A stretch of 64,000 nt of DNA, from the NCBI GenBank assembly GCA_963706575.1, contig CAVPNL010000006.1, positions 256,001-320,000 on the forward strand, given 5' to 3'. A program made the translations under genes and the position numbers. The notes under the pieces are model-generated. The model worked only from the letters and a program-made list of their open reading frames with translations, searched no databases and was not told the DNA's origin. Every line of letters begins with the position of its first letter. The stretch's first letter is position 1. The DNA comes from an uncultured delta proteobacterium. Its GTDB lineage: Bacteria; Desulfobacterota; Desulfobacteria; Desulfobacterales; JAHEIW01. This document shows, one piece after another, positions 20,575 through 29,630 of the stretch.

Positions 20575-21834
20575 ATGGAGGGCGCCTATCTGGATCATGC
20601 CTCGGCAACACCGGTCCGAAAAGAAGTTCTTGAAGCCATGCTTCCTTATTTTAGCGGACAGTTTGCCAATCCCTCAAATGTTTATGATCTGGGCTCAAAG
20701 ATCAAAGAGACAATAGAAGAAGCCCGCGCAAATGTAGCCGGACTGATCAATGCCGATCCCGCCCAAATCGTCTTTACGTCATCCGGTGCCGAAGCCAATA
20801 ATCTGGCCATAAAGGGCGTGGCTTTCGCCCAACAGAAAAAAGGCAATCACATCATCGTCTCTTCCATCGAGCATCATTCGGTTTTGAATTCGGCCCGCTT
20901 TTTGGAACGCCTGGATTTTGAGGCCAGCTTTCTGCCGGTTGATCAAAACGGCCGGGTTGATCCCGAGCGCCTGGCCAAGGCCATCCGGCCGGAGACGATA
21001 TTGGTTTCGATCATGCATGCCAACACCGAGATCGGAACCATCGAGCCCATCGCCGAGCTGGCGGCGATCTGCAAAGAAAAAGAGGTTGCCTTCCATAGCG
21101 ATGCGGTGGCATCAGTCGGCAACACCCCGGTGGATGTCAAGGCGCTCAACGTCGATTTGCTCAGTCTTTCCGGCCCGTCCCTGGGCGGCCCCAAGGGGAT
21201 CGGCGCCCTTTACTTTAACAAAAAGGTCAGATTGATGCCCCTGATCCACGGCGGCATCCAGGAAAACGGTCGCAGAGCCGGCACCGAAAACGTTCCCGGG
21301 ATTATCGGATTTGGCAGGGCCGCAGCACTGGCAAAAAAGGAGTTGCCTGAAAAAATAGACCACGTCCGCAAGTTAAGAGACCGCCTGGTGGGTGGTATCC
21401 TTAAAAAGGTCGAGAAGGTCACTTACACCGGTCATCCGCAAAAACGGCTACCCGGTCACGCCAGTTTTTGTTTCGAAGCCATCGAGGGCGAAGCCCTCAT
21501 TTTCATGCTGGCCCAGAACGGAATCTATACCAATACGGGATCCGCCTGCGCATCCAAGGCGCTGAAAACCTCACCGGTGCTCGGGGCCATCGGCTTACGG
21601 GCGGATCTGGCCCAGGGGTCCACTGTGTTTACCATTGATGCCAGCAACACCGAAGCAGAAATCGACTACGTGCTCGAAAAACTGCCACCGGTTGTCGATC
21701 GGCTGCGTGCCCTTTCGCCCATCTGGGGCAAGGAGATCCCGGAGTATGAAGAGCGATGCATGCGAGCACTGAGACAGGTTTTCACGCCGAGCGGCGCCCG
21801 GGCTTCGCTCGAGTCGCAGAGTAGGCAGAGTTAA
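20575..21834 (+). CDS. nifS: Cysteine desulfurase (NifS/IscS class I); C-terminus possibly extended by frameshift
   Basis: YLDHASATP, SSIEHHSV, GPKGIGALY, RAGTENV, GSACAS; the usual PLP-lysine motif SxHK reads SGPS here. Confidence 0.8.
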   Translation: MEGAYLDHASATPVRKEVLEAMLPYFSGQFANPSNVYDLGSKIKETIEEARANVAGLINADPAQIVFTSSGAEANNLAIKGVAFAQQKKGNHIIVSSIEHHSVLNSARFLERLDFEASFLPVDQNGRVDPERLAKAIRPETILVSIMHANTEIGTIEPIAELAAICKEKEVAFHSDAVASVGNTPVDVKALNVDLLSLSGPSLGGPKGIGALYFNKKVRLMPLIHGGIQENGRRAGTENVPGIIGFGRAAALAKKELPEKIDHVRKLRDRLVGGILKKVEKVTYTGHPQKRLPGHASFCFEAIEGEALIFMLAQNGIYTNTGSACASKALKTSPVLGAIGLRADLAQGSTVFTIDASNTEAEIDYVLEKLPPVVDRLRALSPIWGKEIPEYEERCMRALRQVFTPSGARASLESQSRQS

Positions 21835-21939
21835 TTTTTTTCTATGGCGAGTGTCTTAGCGAGCAAATGAAAGAAACTTATTCCTCCGAGATCTTTGCGT
21901 CTCTGTGGTGAATACAAGTCTCAATCGGGGAGGTAAAGG

Positions 21940-22314
21940 ATGTACACTGAAAAGGTGATGGACCATTTTTCCAATCCCAGAAATATCGGAGAAATCGAGA
22001 ATGCCGACGGGGTGGGTGAGGTCGGCAATCCGGTATGCGGTGATATGATGTCGTTTTACATCAACGTCGAGGATAATAGAATCGCCGACATCAAATTTAA
22101 GACATTTGGCTGCGTGGCAGCCATTGCGGTATCCAGCATGGTGACCGAAATGGCCATGGGAAAAACACTGGATGAGGCCAAAAAAATTACCAAAAAATCG
22201 GTGGCCGAATCCCTGGACGGCTTACCCAAAGAAAAAATGCACTGCTCCAACCTGGGCGCTGATGCCCTGACTAAGGCCATTGAGGATTTTGAGAGTAAAC
22301 AGTCAACTGCCTAG
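21940..22314 (+). CDS. nifU: Fe-S scaffold NifU/IscU
   Basis: HFSNPRN, GNPVCGD, FGCVAAIA, KMHCSNL. Confidence 0.92.
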   Translation: MYTEKVMDHFSNPRNIGEIENADGVGEVGNPVCGDMMSFYINVEDNRIADIKFKTFGCVAAIAVSSMVTEMAMGKTLDEAKKITKKSVAESLDGLPKEKMHCSNLGADALTKAIEDFESKQSTA

Positions 22315-22501
22315 CCCGGAACGAGCCGATGAAAAAAAGGCCTCACGCAAAGCCGCCAGAGTCGCAAAGATTAATTAAATTATATTCATTAATTTCCGGG
22401 AGCGGGTTGAATTCAATCATGAGATTTCTATTTCAATCACCGCTGCCGGATTTTTTTATTTGAGCATCTTGGTTTTTCACACTTTTTCACGGCTCTTTTT
22501 A

Positions 22502-22553
22502 TACCACAACGTGACATATTTTCCTTGACAACCATCCGTCAACAGGCTAAATT
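22502..22553 (+). promoter_or_regulatory. Operator plus sigma70 promoter with no credible downstream CDS
   Basis: TACCACAACGTGACA (22502-22516), 8 bp, TTGACA-17 bp-TAAATT. Confidence 0.6.
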
Positions 22554-22559
22554 TGTGCC

Positions 22560-22754
22560 CTGGTATGCGATTGGACTCTTTTCCGTTGTCGCATACTTCT
22601 TGATGCGAAGGTGGATGTCCTTGCCAGGCAGCCATCAGTGTCAATCCTCTCCTAAAGAGGGGGCGGCTCCGGGTTTCCCTTTATCCAGCCTTAGATCGAT
22701 TTATTATGGATTTGGCTCACAAAACCCAGTGCCAAGGAGTCGTCCCCCTTTTTT
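22560..22754 (+). ncRNA. Candidate structured small RNA
   Basis: Promoter upstream; 5' stem GTATGCGA/TCGCATAC; 3' stem AGGGGGCGGCTCC/GGAGTCGTCCCCCT with inner GGGTTT/AAACCC, ending in T-run. Confidence 0.4.
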
Positions 22755-22772
22755 CCAGAATCCAAAGAGTTT

Positions 22773-23679
22773 TTATATGCCAAAAAACTTCAGAATATAT
22801 TTTGATGCCACCATAATAATTACGGTTCCCAGCATCAGTTTTATCCAGCGTCCCGGCATATGTTTTTGGACTCTGGCGCCCAGATACATCCCCATCAGCC
22901 CTCCCGCGCCGAACAGGATACCCAGCAACCAATCCGGGGCGGCCACCGCCCCGTTGATCGGGATGAGACTGTAAAAGGTCACACCGGCCAGCGATGAAAC
23001 GAAGGTTCCCAATAATACAGCACCGGCAATGGCGTACACGGGTAGTCTGAAAACGGTGATTAAAAACGGTGCGATAATCGCACCGCCGCCGATACCGTAG
23101 ACACCGCCGATAATACCCACCACCAGGGCCAGTCCGAGTAGCTGTGCGGTTGCAAAAGAATAGGTGGCGTCTTTGAAGTTAAAACGGGTGGCTTTCAAGG
23201 CGATTGACGCTTCTTCCACCCTATCGGTGAGGGTGCAGCTTTCCGTGGTTTGGGATGCCGCGGTTTTACCGTTTAATGCTTCTTTTAAAAGTTTGACCGC
23301 AATCAACAATAAGACACAGCCCACAAAAAACTTGAATGTTTTCGGATCCGGCAAATAGGTGATGCGCAGATAATAACCGATAAGGACGCCGGGGATAATG
23401 CCGGCCACAATCAAAATCGCCACGGGCCACACGAAGCGGCACTCTCTGGTATAGCGGTAAACACCGCCGGGTGTGCCGGTCACATTGTACAGAAAGTTGG
23501 TGGCTGTTACCGAAGGACTCGTGAACCCCAGGACACTCATTTGAAACGGCAGCAGCAAAAAGGCACCGGAGATGCCACCCATGGAAGTAAAAAAGGAAAT
23601 GCCGAAGGCCACCAGACGGCGGGATTAAAATGGAAGTCTCCACTCCGGAGAGCGGAAATGTAAATTGTAAAAATGCCAT
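22773..23679 (-). pseudogene. TauE/SafE sulfite exporter family; +1 frameshift near 23616
   Basis: MAFLQFTFPLSGVETSILIPP then other frame LVAFGISFFTSMGGISGAFLLLPFQ...GIGGGAIIAP; span = 3n+1. Confidence 0.8.
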
Positions 23680-23826
23680 GCGGATCAATGTAAATCGGAA
23701 GAAGTTGATTTAAGAGGCTGTCCAATAACGGGTTCTGGGGGAAAATGAAACGGAATCAGCGTCTTTTTAGCCCCTCCCCTTGATCCCCTCCCGTCAAGGG
23801 AGGGGAAACGAGTTGTGGACGGGCTC

Positions 23827-24405
23827 TCAAGGATCACTGGGAATCCAGATGAGCTCCGGGTTCAGCTTATCGGTCCAGGGGACGCCTGAATTTCTCCAGC
23901 CGTTTTCAAATCGCTTGCCGTAAAAAGAACTGGAAGTATCCTTAACCCGATCTCCTTCGAAGCCATCGGTAACCGAATAGGCGATCTTGAAACCGGCCGA
24001 TGCCATTGCATTTACGGCGGCGGCGCTGCGGTTGCCGGAGCGGCAGATCACCACAATGGTATCGGACGGTTTGAATTTCCGGCCGACTTCATTGATAAAA
24101 TTTGGGTTGGCCTTCATCAAAGGCCCTTTATTGCGTACAGCCATTTTATAATTGAACAAATGAAAAGGGATATTATGGGCCATGGGGGCATGACCGACAA
24201 AAATGTATTCTTCCGGTGTCCGGACGTCTAAAATTTTGATTTTGTTTTTGTCCGCCAGCCACATTTCATAGGCTTCTTTGGCCGTCACATAAAGCCCCAG
24301 GACGGTCTGCTTTTGTGGAGGCAAAGTTGATTTTGCCGTCGATATTGAAAAGCAGCTCAATAAGAGTAAAATCGCAATTGATATTGCAAATAACTTTTTA
24401 TTCAT
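23827..24405 (-). CDS. Exported rhodanese-domain sulfurtransferase
   Basis: Signal peptide; LDVRTPEEY, ICRSGNRS, DGFEGD, NGW. Confidence 0.88.
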   Translation of the reverse strand: MNKKLFAISIAILLLLSCFSISTAKSTLPPQKQTVLGLYVTAKEAYEMWLADKNKIKILDVRTPEEYIFVGHAPMAHNIPFHLFNYKMAVRNKGPLMKANPNFINEVGRKFKPSDTIVVICRSGNRSAAAVNAMASAGFKIAYSVTDGFEGDRVKDTSSSFYGKRFENGWRNSGVPWTDKLNPELIWIPSDP

Positions 24406-24458
24406 TTCATCTATCCTATATTATTTCAGAAGTCGGGGAATTTTTTCATTCCGTGGGT

Positions 24459-24530
24459 GTCATTCCCGCGAAAGCGGGAATCCAGAAAAGTTTTGCTGAA
24501 AACTGGATGCCCGCTTGGCGCGGGCATGAC
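24459..24530. repeat. GTCAT-type REP doublet
   Basis: GTCATTCCCGCGAAAGCGGGAATCC ... GGATGCCCGCTTGGCGCGGGCATGAC; inverted sibling at 41196-41269. Confidence 0.8.
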
Positions 24531-24554
24531 GGTAAAACTCCCCGATCACTTATT

Positions 24555-24884
24555 TTAATTAAAAATACCGCCAAAAATTTTGTCATCGGCGGACACACAT
24601 TGTGCTTTTAAAAGTTTGTACTTTTTAAGGAGCGCCTTACCCTCTTGAGAGAGGCGCGATCCCTCTTTGCGGTCCGTATGCACAATGCAGGCATTCATGT
24701 GTTTTTCAGTCGTCTTGATTTTGCTCCAAACAGCTTTGTACGACATTTTCATCAATTTGGCGGCCTGATTCATAGAGCCCGTCCGATCAATATGTTCCAG
24801 AATTTTGGCTCGGCCTTCCCCAATAATAATGTTGTTGTCTGCATCCACAATCCACTGGCTCGATTTTAATTTGAGGTTTGCCAT
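24555..24884 (-). CDS. ModE N-terminal-type winged-helix regulator (no Mop domain)
   Basis: IIGEGRAKILEHIDRTGSMNQAAKLMKMSYKAVWSKI. Confidence 0.82.
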   Translation of the reverse strand: MANLKLKSSQWIVDADNNIIIGEGRAKILEHIDRTGSMNQAAKLMKMSYKAVWSKIKTTEKHMNACIVHTDRKEGSRLSQEGKALLKKYKLLKAQCVSADDKIFGGIFN

Positions 24885-25035
24885 ATTCAAATCCTGATGA
24901 TGGGTTATCAAAAATGGGATATAACCACGAAGAACACAAAGAGTGAAAGTCTTTGAATAGTAAAAATATCTTCGTGAACTTCATTTTCTTCGTGGTGAAA
25001 AAGATTTAACTGTAAAAAATATTAAAGAACAAACG

Positions 25036-26055
25036 CTATTTCATCGCACAATGATAAGGGCAATCAGCCCCGATGGCGCGCATGGCCCTCCGGCAGGCGT
25101 GTTGATGCTCTTTGGCGTTTAATTGGTGACCGGAGGGTTTTTCAGCCACCGCCTGTCTGAAAATGTTGATAATATCTTTTTGGGTTGCGCCGGTTCTCAG
25201 GGCGGTTTTGATATCGATTTCTTCCCTTGAAAACAGACAGGTTTTTATTTTTCCGTCAGCAGTCAGCCGCAGGCGATTGCAGGACCCACAAAAATGCCAG
25301 CTGATGGGGGCAATGAAACCGACTTTACCAGCCGCACCCGGAAGCCTGCAGAGCCTTGCCGGTCCGTAGGAATCGGTGGCCGGCTCGATTTGAACCTGGT
25401 CAATTTGATGTATCCTTTTCATAAATTCTTCAACCGGTATAAAAAGCGATTCATAATTGCCGTAGGCCGAGCTGTCGGTGGGCATCAGTTCGATAAAGCG
25501 CACATGGTATGGCTTATCCAGGGTTAAGCGAGCCAGATCTTCGATTTCATCATCATTGATGCCGCGTATCACCACGGTGTTAATCTTGATGGGATGCATT
25601 CCGGTCTGCTCGGCGCGTTTGATGCCGGCCAGCACCCGGGGCAGCCAATTGTATCCGGTTATTTTTTCAAACCGTTCCGGCTTTAAGGTGTCCAGGCTGA
25701 TATTGATTCTGCGAACGCCGGCCTTAAACAGCGGTTCGGCCATTTCCGCAAGATATATCCCGTTGGTTGTCAGGGCCAGGCTTTTTAAACCGTCTATCTC
25801 CGAAAGCATCCGGCAGAATTCAACCACGCCTTTTCTGACCAGCGGCTCGCCACCGGTGACCCTTATTTTGGTTATGCCGGTTGCTGCCGCCGCCCGGGCG
25901 ACGTTAAGCATCTCCTCATAGGTTAAAATTTCCGAACGCGCCAGATGACTGCGGCCTGAAAACGGCGTGCAATAATAACATTTCAAATTACAATGATCGG
26001 TGATGGATATGCGCAGGTAATCGATTTTCCGTCCGTAGCTATCAATAAGGTTCAT
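25036..26055 (-). CDS. moaA: GTP 3',8-cyclase MoaA; terminal GG motif lost by apparent 1-bp deletion
   Basis: YLRISITDHCNLKCYYC, TGGEPL, FCGSCNRLRLTADG, MRAIG. Confidence 0.92.
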   Translation of the reverse strand: MNLIDSYGRKIDYLRISITDHCNLKCYYCTPFSGRSHLARSEILTYEEMLNVARAAAATGITKIRVTGGEPLVRKGVVEFCRMLSEIDGLKSLALTTNGIYLAEMAEPLFKAGVRRINISLDTLKPERFEKITGYNWLPRVLAGIKRAEQTGMHPIKINTVVIRGINDDEIEDLARLTLDKPYHVRFIELMPTDSSAYGNYESLFIPVEEFMKRIHQIDQVQIEPATDSYGPARLCRLPGAAGKVGFIAPISWHFCGSCNRLRLTADGKIKTCLFSREEIDIKTALRTGATQKDIINIFRQAVAEKPSGHQLNAKEHQHACRRAMRAIGADCPYHCAMK

Positions 26056-26137
26056 CGTGTTTCAGCTCCAATTCCATGACATAATGAATAAAGAAAGTCT
26101 CACGCAAAGTCGCAAAGAATTTATTTAATTAAACCCG

Positions 26138-26293
26138 TAGAAGCGGTTCAAAACCTCAATTCGTGTTCGAGCGACAAGGCGGCCTATTCATTTGTATAAG
26201 CGGTTAGAATACTATCGAAGTATGTGAGCATGTTTAAATCGGCTGGCATACGCAGTCAATCAAATCGAGATGCAGGTTTTGAAGCCGCATTTA
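26138..26293. repeat. ERIC/RPE-like palindromic element (156 bp)
   Basis: TAGAAGCGGTTCAAAACCT ... AGGTTTTGAAGCCGCATTTA; core ATACTATCGAAGTATGTGAGCA; right end supplies TAA of the adjacent gene. Confidence 0.7.
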
Positions 26294-27316
26294 TTTGCCG
26301 AATGGGCAGTGCGGATACACACATTCTTCACAATCCTTGCACAGCCCCCCGTGGCCTAAAAAAGCAAGCTCGGCCTTGCCGATTTTTTCACCGGCTAAAA
26401 TCCGCGGAAGTATCAGGTCCAGCACGGTAATGCGGTGAAACAGGCCGCAGGCCGGCACCCCCAGCAGCGGCACATCCCCCACATAAGCCACCAGAAACAT
26501 GGCGCCGGGCAGGACCGAGGCCCCGTAGTGCATCTCACCGGCACCGGCGGAGCGGATTCCCTGGCGGGTGACATCATCGGGGTCCACGCTCATGCCGCCG
26601 CTGAGCATCAGCAAGTTACAGCCCCTGTCCAGATGGGAGCGAATGGCTGCGCGGATAAGTTCGGCGTCATCCGGAGCATAGGTCACTTCAGACACTTCCG
26701 AACCCAGGGCGTTGACCTTTTCGCTTAGGATCGGCGCAAAACGGTCCTCGATCAGACCGTGGTAAACTTCGTTGCCGGTAATCACCAGACCCACTTTTGC
26801 TTTTCGGATGGGCCGAATTGCAAGCACCGCACCGTTCTGGCGGGCGATGGCTGCGGCGCGTTGGATGGGTGCGCGTTTCATGATCAGCGGAATTGCGCGG
26901 GTGGCGGCGACCAGTTCCCCTTTTTTGACAAGGGTGTGATTGTGAAGGGTGGCGCACATAACCTCATCGACCATGTTAAAGGCAGCCAGTGCAGCGGTGT
27001 TAACGGCAAACAGGCCGTCTTTTTCTGCCAGCAGCTTGATTTTCCCTTCCCGCGGTTCGTCCTTCCAGACAATGCCGTCACCGGCCAGCGCATCGGCCAA
27101 AATGGCGGCCGCCTGGTCCTCATGAATTTCGTCGTCATCAAGGTCGATGACGTAGAGATGATTTTTCCCCATTTTCTGAAGACGGCAGAGATCTTCGTTG
27201 CAGACCGTGTGTCCTTTGTGAAAGGCTGCGCCTTTGAATTCTCCAGGTCGAATCTCGGTCATATCGTGTGCTAATTTAGTACCGACTGCATCTTTGAGCT
27301 CAATTTTTTTCAACAT
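26291..27316 (-). CDS. Molybdopterin-binding (MoeA/MogA-like) protein
   Basis: AHDMTEIRPG, ITGNEV, SGGMSVDPDDVT, VLPGAM, HGGLCKDCEECVYPHCPFGK. Confidence 0.85.
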   Translation of the reverse strand: MLKKIELKDAVGTKLAHDMTEIRPGEFKGAAFHKGHTVCNEDLCRLQKMGKNHLYVIDLDDDEIHEDQAAAILADALAGDGIVWKDEPREGKIKLLAEKDGLFAVNTAALAAFNMVDEVMCATLHNHTLVKKGELVAATRAIPLIMKRAPIQRAAAIARQNGAVLAIRPIRKAKVGLVITGNEVYHGLIEDRFAPILSEKVNALGSEVSEVTYAPDDAELIRAAIRSHLDRGCNLLMLSGGMSVDPDDVTRQGIRSAGAGEMHYGASVLPGAMFLVAYVGDVPLLGVPACGLFHRITVLDLILPRILAGEKIGKAELAFLGHGGLCKDCEECVYPHCPFGK

Positions 27317-27419
27317 AGCGAAAACTCCTTTATCTTCAAGGCAAAAGGCGCAAGGTTCAAGGCACAGGGCGAGAAGAGAACGAACCCGATATCAACCTTA
27401 GCTAGGTCGATAAGCCCTA

Positions 27420-28097
27420 TCAATAGCAATTCTTTTCAGCGATCTTTGCGTCTTTGCGGCTTTGCGTGAGGCTGCTTTCCGGTTTCCAGTTCATATCCGG
27501 CCAGGTTATTTCCGCAGCGTCTGTAAAATAGCTGTCCTGTGCACAGGGTTTGCAGAGAACCGCGCCATCTTGAATAACCTCTCTTTGGTCGCGCACCACC
27601 TGACCGCAGCGGCTGCAGAAGGTCTTGTAACGGGTGGGGCCGGGCAGGTCGCATTCGTTTATCTTTACTTTGACCTGCTGTACCCGAAAAAGCACGCTGT
27701 CGGGCATGCGTTTGTATGCTTCCAGCTGCTGCGGGTATTTATCGGCAATTTCCGGCGCATAGGCGCTGGCCAGGCTGCGCGCCGCTTCGGTGGAAACCAC
27801 CCGAAAGGCTTTGCCGGTTTCCAGATTTACAAAGGTGGCTGCCATAATGCCGTAGTCCATAAATTTGAGCGAACGCCGTCCCAGTTTGACACCGGTCACA
27901 TGCGCCACCGCATCGGCGGTACAGCGGTCCATCTCGACGTAAATGATCAATTTTTTAATCTGATCGTGACGCCTGGGCTCATCGAGGCCGATCAGACGGC
28001 AACCCAGCATGGCCATGCGGACACCCACCACCTGTCCGGGGCAAAGGTGCCCATGGGCGTCGGCCGAGCCTTCCAGCAGGTCTTCAAAAGCATCCAT
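27420..28097 (-). CDS. FmdE-family protein with C-terminal Zn finger
   Basis: HGHLCPGQVVGVRM, EMDRCTADA, CSRCG..CKPC. Confidence 0.85.
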   Translation of the reverse strand: MDAFEDLLEGSADAHGHLCPGQVVGVRMAMLGCRLIGLDEPRRHDQIKKLIIYVEMDRCTADAVAHVTGVKLGRRSLKFMDYGIMAATFVNLETGKAFRVVSTEAARSLASAYAPEIADKYPQQLEAYKRMPDSVLFRVQQVKVKINECDLPGPTRYKTFCSRCGQVVRDQREVIQDGAVLCKPCAQDSYFTDAAEITWPDMNWKPESSLTQSRKDAKIAEKNCY

Positions 28098-28120
28098 GGT
28101 CGGGATTGTCCTTTCTTATC

Positions 28121-28293
28121 CAGGTGTCAGGATTCGGGTGTCAGGTGTCAGTCTTCGATACGATTGCTTCGCGCAGGCTGTTGTTCAATAAGGAAGTAGG
28201 GTCGGTCACCGAGCCGACCTGGATCGGCAGCCACGGTGGGCTGCCCTACTTTCCAATTTTCATCTGACCTCTGTCTTCTGACACCTGAACACT
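28121..28293. repeat. GTAG-type REP doublet (28196-28249) nested in inverted 7-bp microrepeat arms
   Basis: CAGGTGT repeats / CTGACAC repeats around GTAGGGTCGG...CTGCCCTAC; same architecture at 44502-44608. Confidence 0.7.
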
Positions 28294-28295
28294 TG

Positions 28296-28310
28296 GGCCA
28301 CAAGGTGGCA
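28296..28310. promoter_or_regulatory. 15-bp operator upstream of fmdE/Moco genes
   Basis: GGCCACAAGGTGGCA. Confidence 0.55.
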
Positions 28311-28424
28311 TATGTTAAAATTAACATAACTGACGGTAAAAAAAATTGAGCTGAGATCCGGGGCTCATGAAATAATTGGAGAACCCCCGTAATTATTCCA
28401 TAATAACTTGAGACGCGTGCGTCC

Positions 28425-28438
28425 TTGACTTAAGTCAA
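28425..28438. promoter_or_regulatory. FNR/CRP-family box upstream of fmdE/Moco genes
   Basis: TTGACTTAAGTCAA, identical to the nap box. Confidence 0.65.
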
Positions 28439-28477
28439 GGATGTTTTCGGTTTTACGACATCGATTTGTTTGGGTGA

Positions 28478-28789
28478 CTAAGCGCCTTCCAGCACTTCAT
28501 TCACCCAGCCCATGGCCGCAATCATGTTCGGAAAACCGATGGTTGTCAATGATAATAAAACGACATGGGCAATTTCTTCCTGGCTGGCACCCGATTCCAG
28601 GGCTTTGCGGGTCTGGGACATCACCGCTCCGCGGGAATTGGCGCCGATGGCAATACCCAGGTTGACGAGGTCCTGATATTTTTTCTCGAGCGGCCCGGAC
28701 TCGCGAGCGGTCTTGCCTAACTGCTGATAATCTTTCAATACTTCCGGAAACTTCGATGAGAACTTTTCGTAAATTTTGGGAAGATACAT
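28478..28789 (-). CDS. Carboxymuconolactone decarboxylase/AhpD-family protein
   Basis: GPLEKKYQDLVNLGIAIG, ALESGASQEEI, TTIGFP; RBS AAGGAG. Confidence 0.8.
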   Translation of the reverse strand: MYLPKIYEKFSSKFPEVLKDYQQLGKTARESGPLEKKYQDLVNLGIAIGANSRGAVMSQTRKALESGASQEEIAHVVLLSLTTIGFPNMIAAMGWVNEVLEGA

Positions 28790-28828
28790 GAGCGCTCCTT
28801 TTTGGAAAATTTCGAAACACAATCCTCA

Positions 28829-29527
28829 TTACACCCGGAGTGAATTTATTTCAACGTGTTTTTCTGAATTAAGCCGGCTGGAAACGGAATCAAGAACGGA
28901 GCACACGACCTGATAATTCTCATTCAAAAAGGCTTCGGTTGCTTTTGCCAGATTCCGGTAAAACGGGTTTTCAGCGTATTCTATGATGCTCCTGGCAAAT
29001 TCCGGCACCCAGGCCATCAGGTGATCTTCCAGAAAAAATTTTTGTTTTTGAACAAAATTCATGGCCGTTTCTACGTCTGCACGGGAGAAGGCTTCGATTT
29101 CTTTGAAAATTAAATAATACATGAATTCAAGTTCAGCGCTGATGTGATCGGGGGCATCTTTAAAATTTTTAGCGGTGTCCAATCCCGCATCCCGGTATCT
29201 GTTTTTTACGTCAAGGGTTGAGTCGCCCATAACCTTTCTTTCCTCGTCTAAATACACCGATCCGTAGGGTGCGGCGAACAGCGTAAACGGGCCGATAAAT
29301 AGTTTTGCAAAATCGACTTTTAACGGCTCAATATCCGCACCGACTTTGAGTTCTTTGCGCATGCTTTGAACCCATTGGGCCGCCGGCTCACACACATCCG
29401 CCATGTTTAATTCCAGGTTTTTCAATTTTTCAGATAACCCCGGATCCGGCAAAAAATAACAGTCGCTCAACATTCGAAATGCCTTCATTCTCGACGATTC
29501 ATAGTTTAACAGGTTTTTTGCTTCCAT
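28829..29527 (-). CDS. arrD: TorD/DmsD-family chaperone (ArrD)
   Basis: FAKLFIGP, APYGSVY, PDHISAELEFM, FLEDHL. Confidence 0.85.
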   Translation of the reverse strand: MEAKNLLNYESSRMKAFRMLSDCYFLPDPGLSEKLKNLELNMADVCEPAAQWVQSMRKELKVGADIEPLKVDFAKLFIGPFTLFAAPYGSVYLDEERKVMGDSTLDVKNRYRDAGLDTAKNFKDAPDHISAELEFMYYLIFKEIEAFSRADVETAMNFVQKQKFFLEDHLMAWVPEFARSIIEYAENPFYRNLAKATEAFLNENYQVVCSVLDSVSSRLNSEKHVEINSLRV

Positions 29528-29572
29528 GCTTATCCTTGTGTAAAACCTAAAAGCTTTGAGGGTGAGTTAATA

Positions 29573-29611
29573 CGATGCCGGCCCGCTGTTCGAGTTTTCG
29601 AGCCGGCATCG
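29573..29611. terminator. GC-rich hairpin between arrC and arrD (terminator or mRNA stabiliser)
   Basis: CGATGCCGGC / GCCGGCATCG 10-bp stem. Confidence 0.45.
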
Positions 29612-29630
29612 CATGCCATATGTTCGTTGT

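Noticed and set aside
22525..22974. 149-aa ORF on + strand
   Set aside because: Starts at the TTG of the -35 box, lacks an RBS, overlaps tauE antisense and resembles no family
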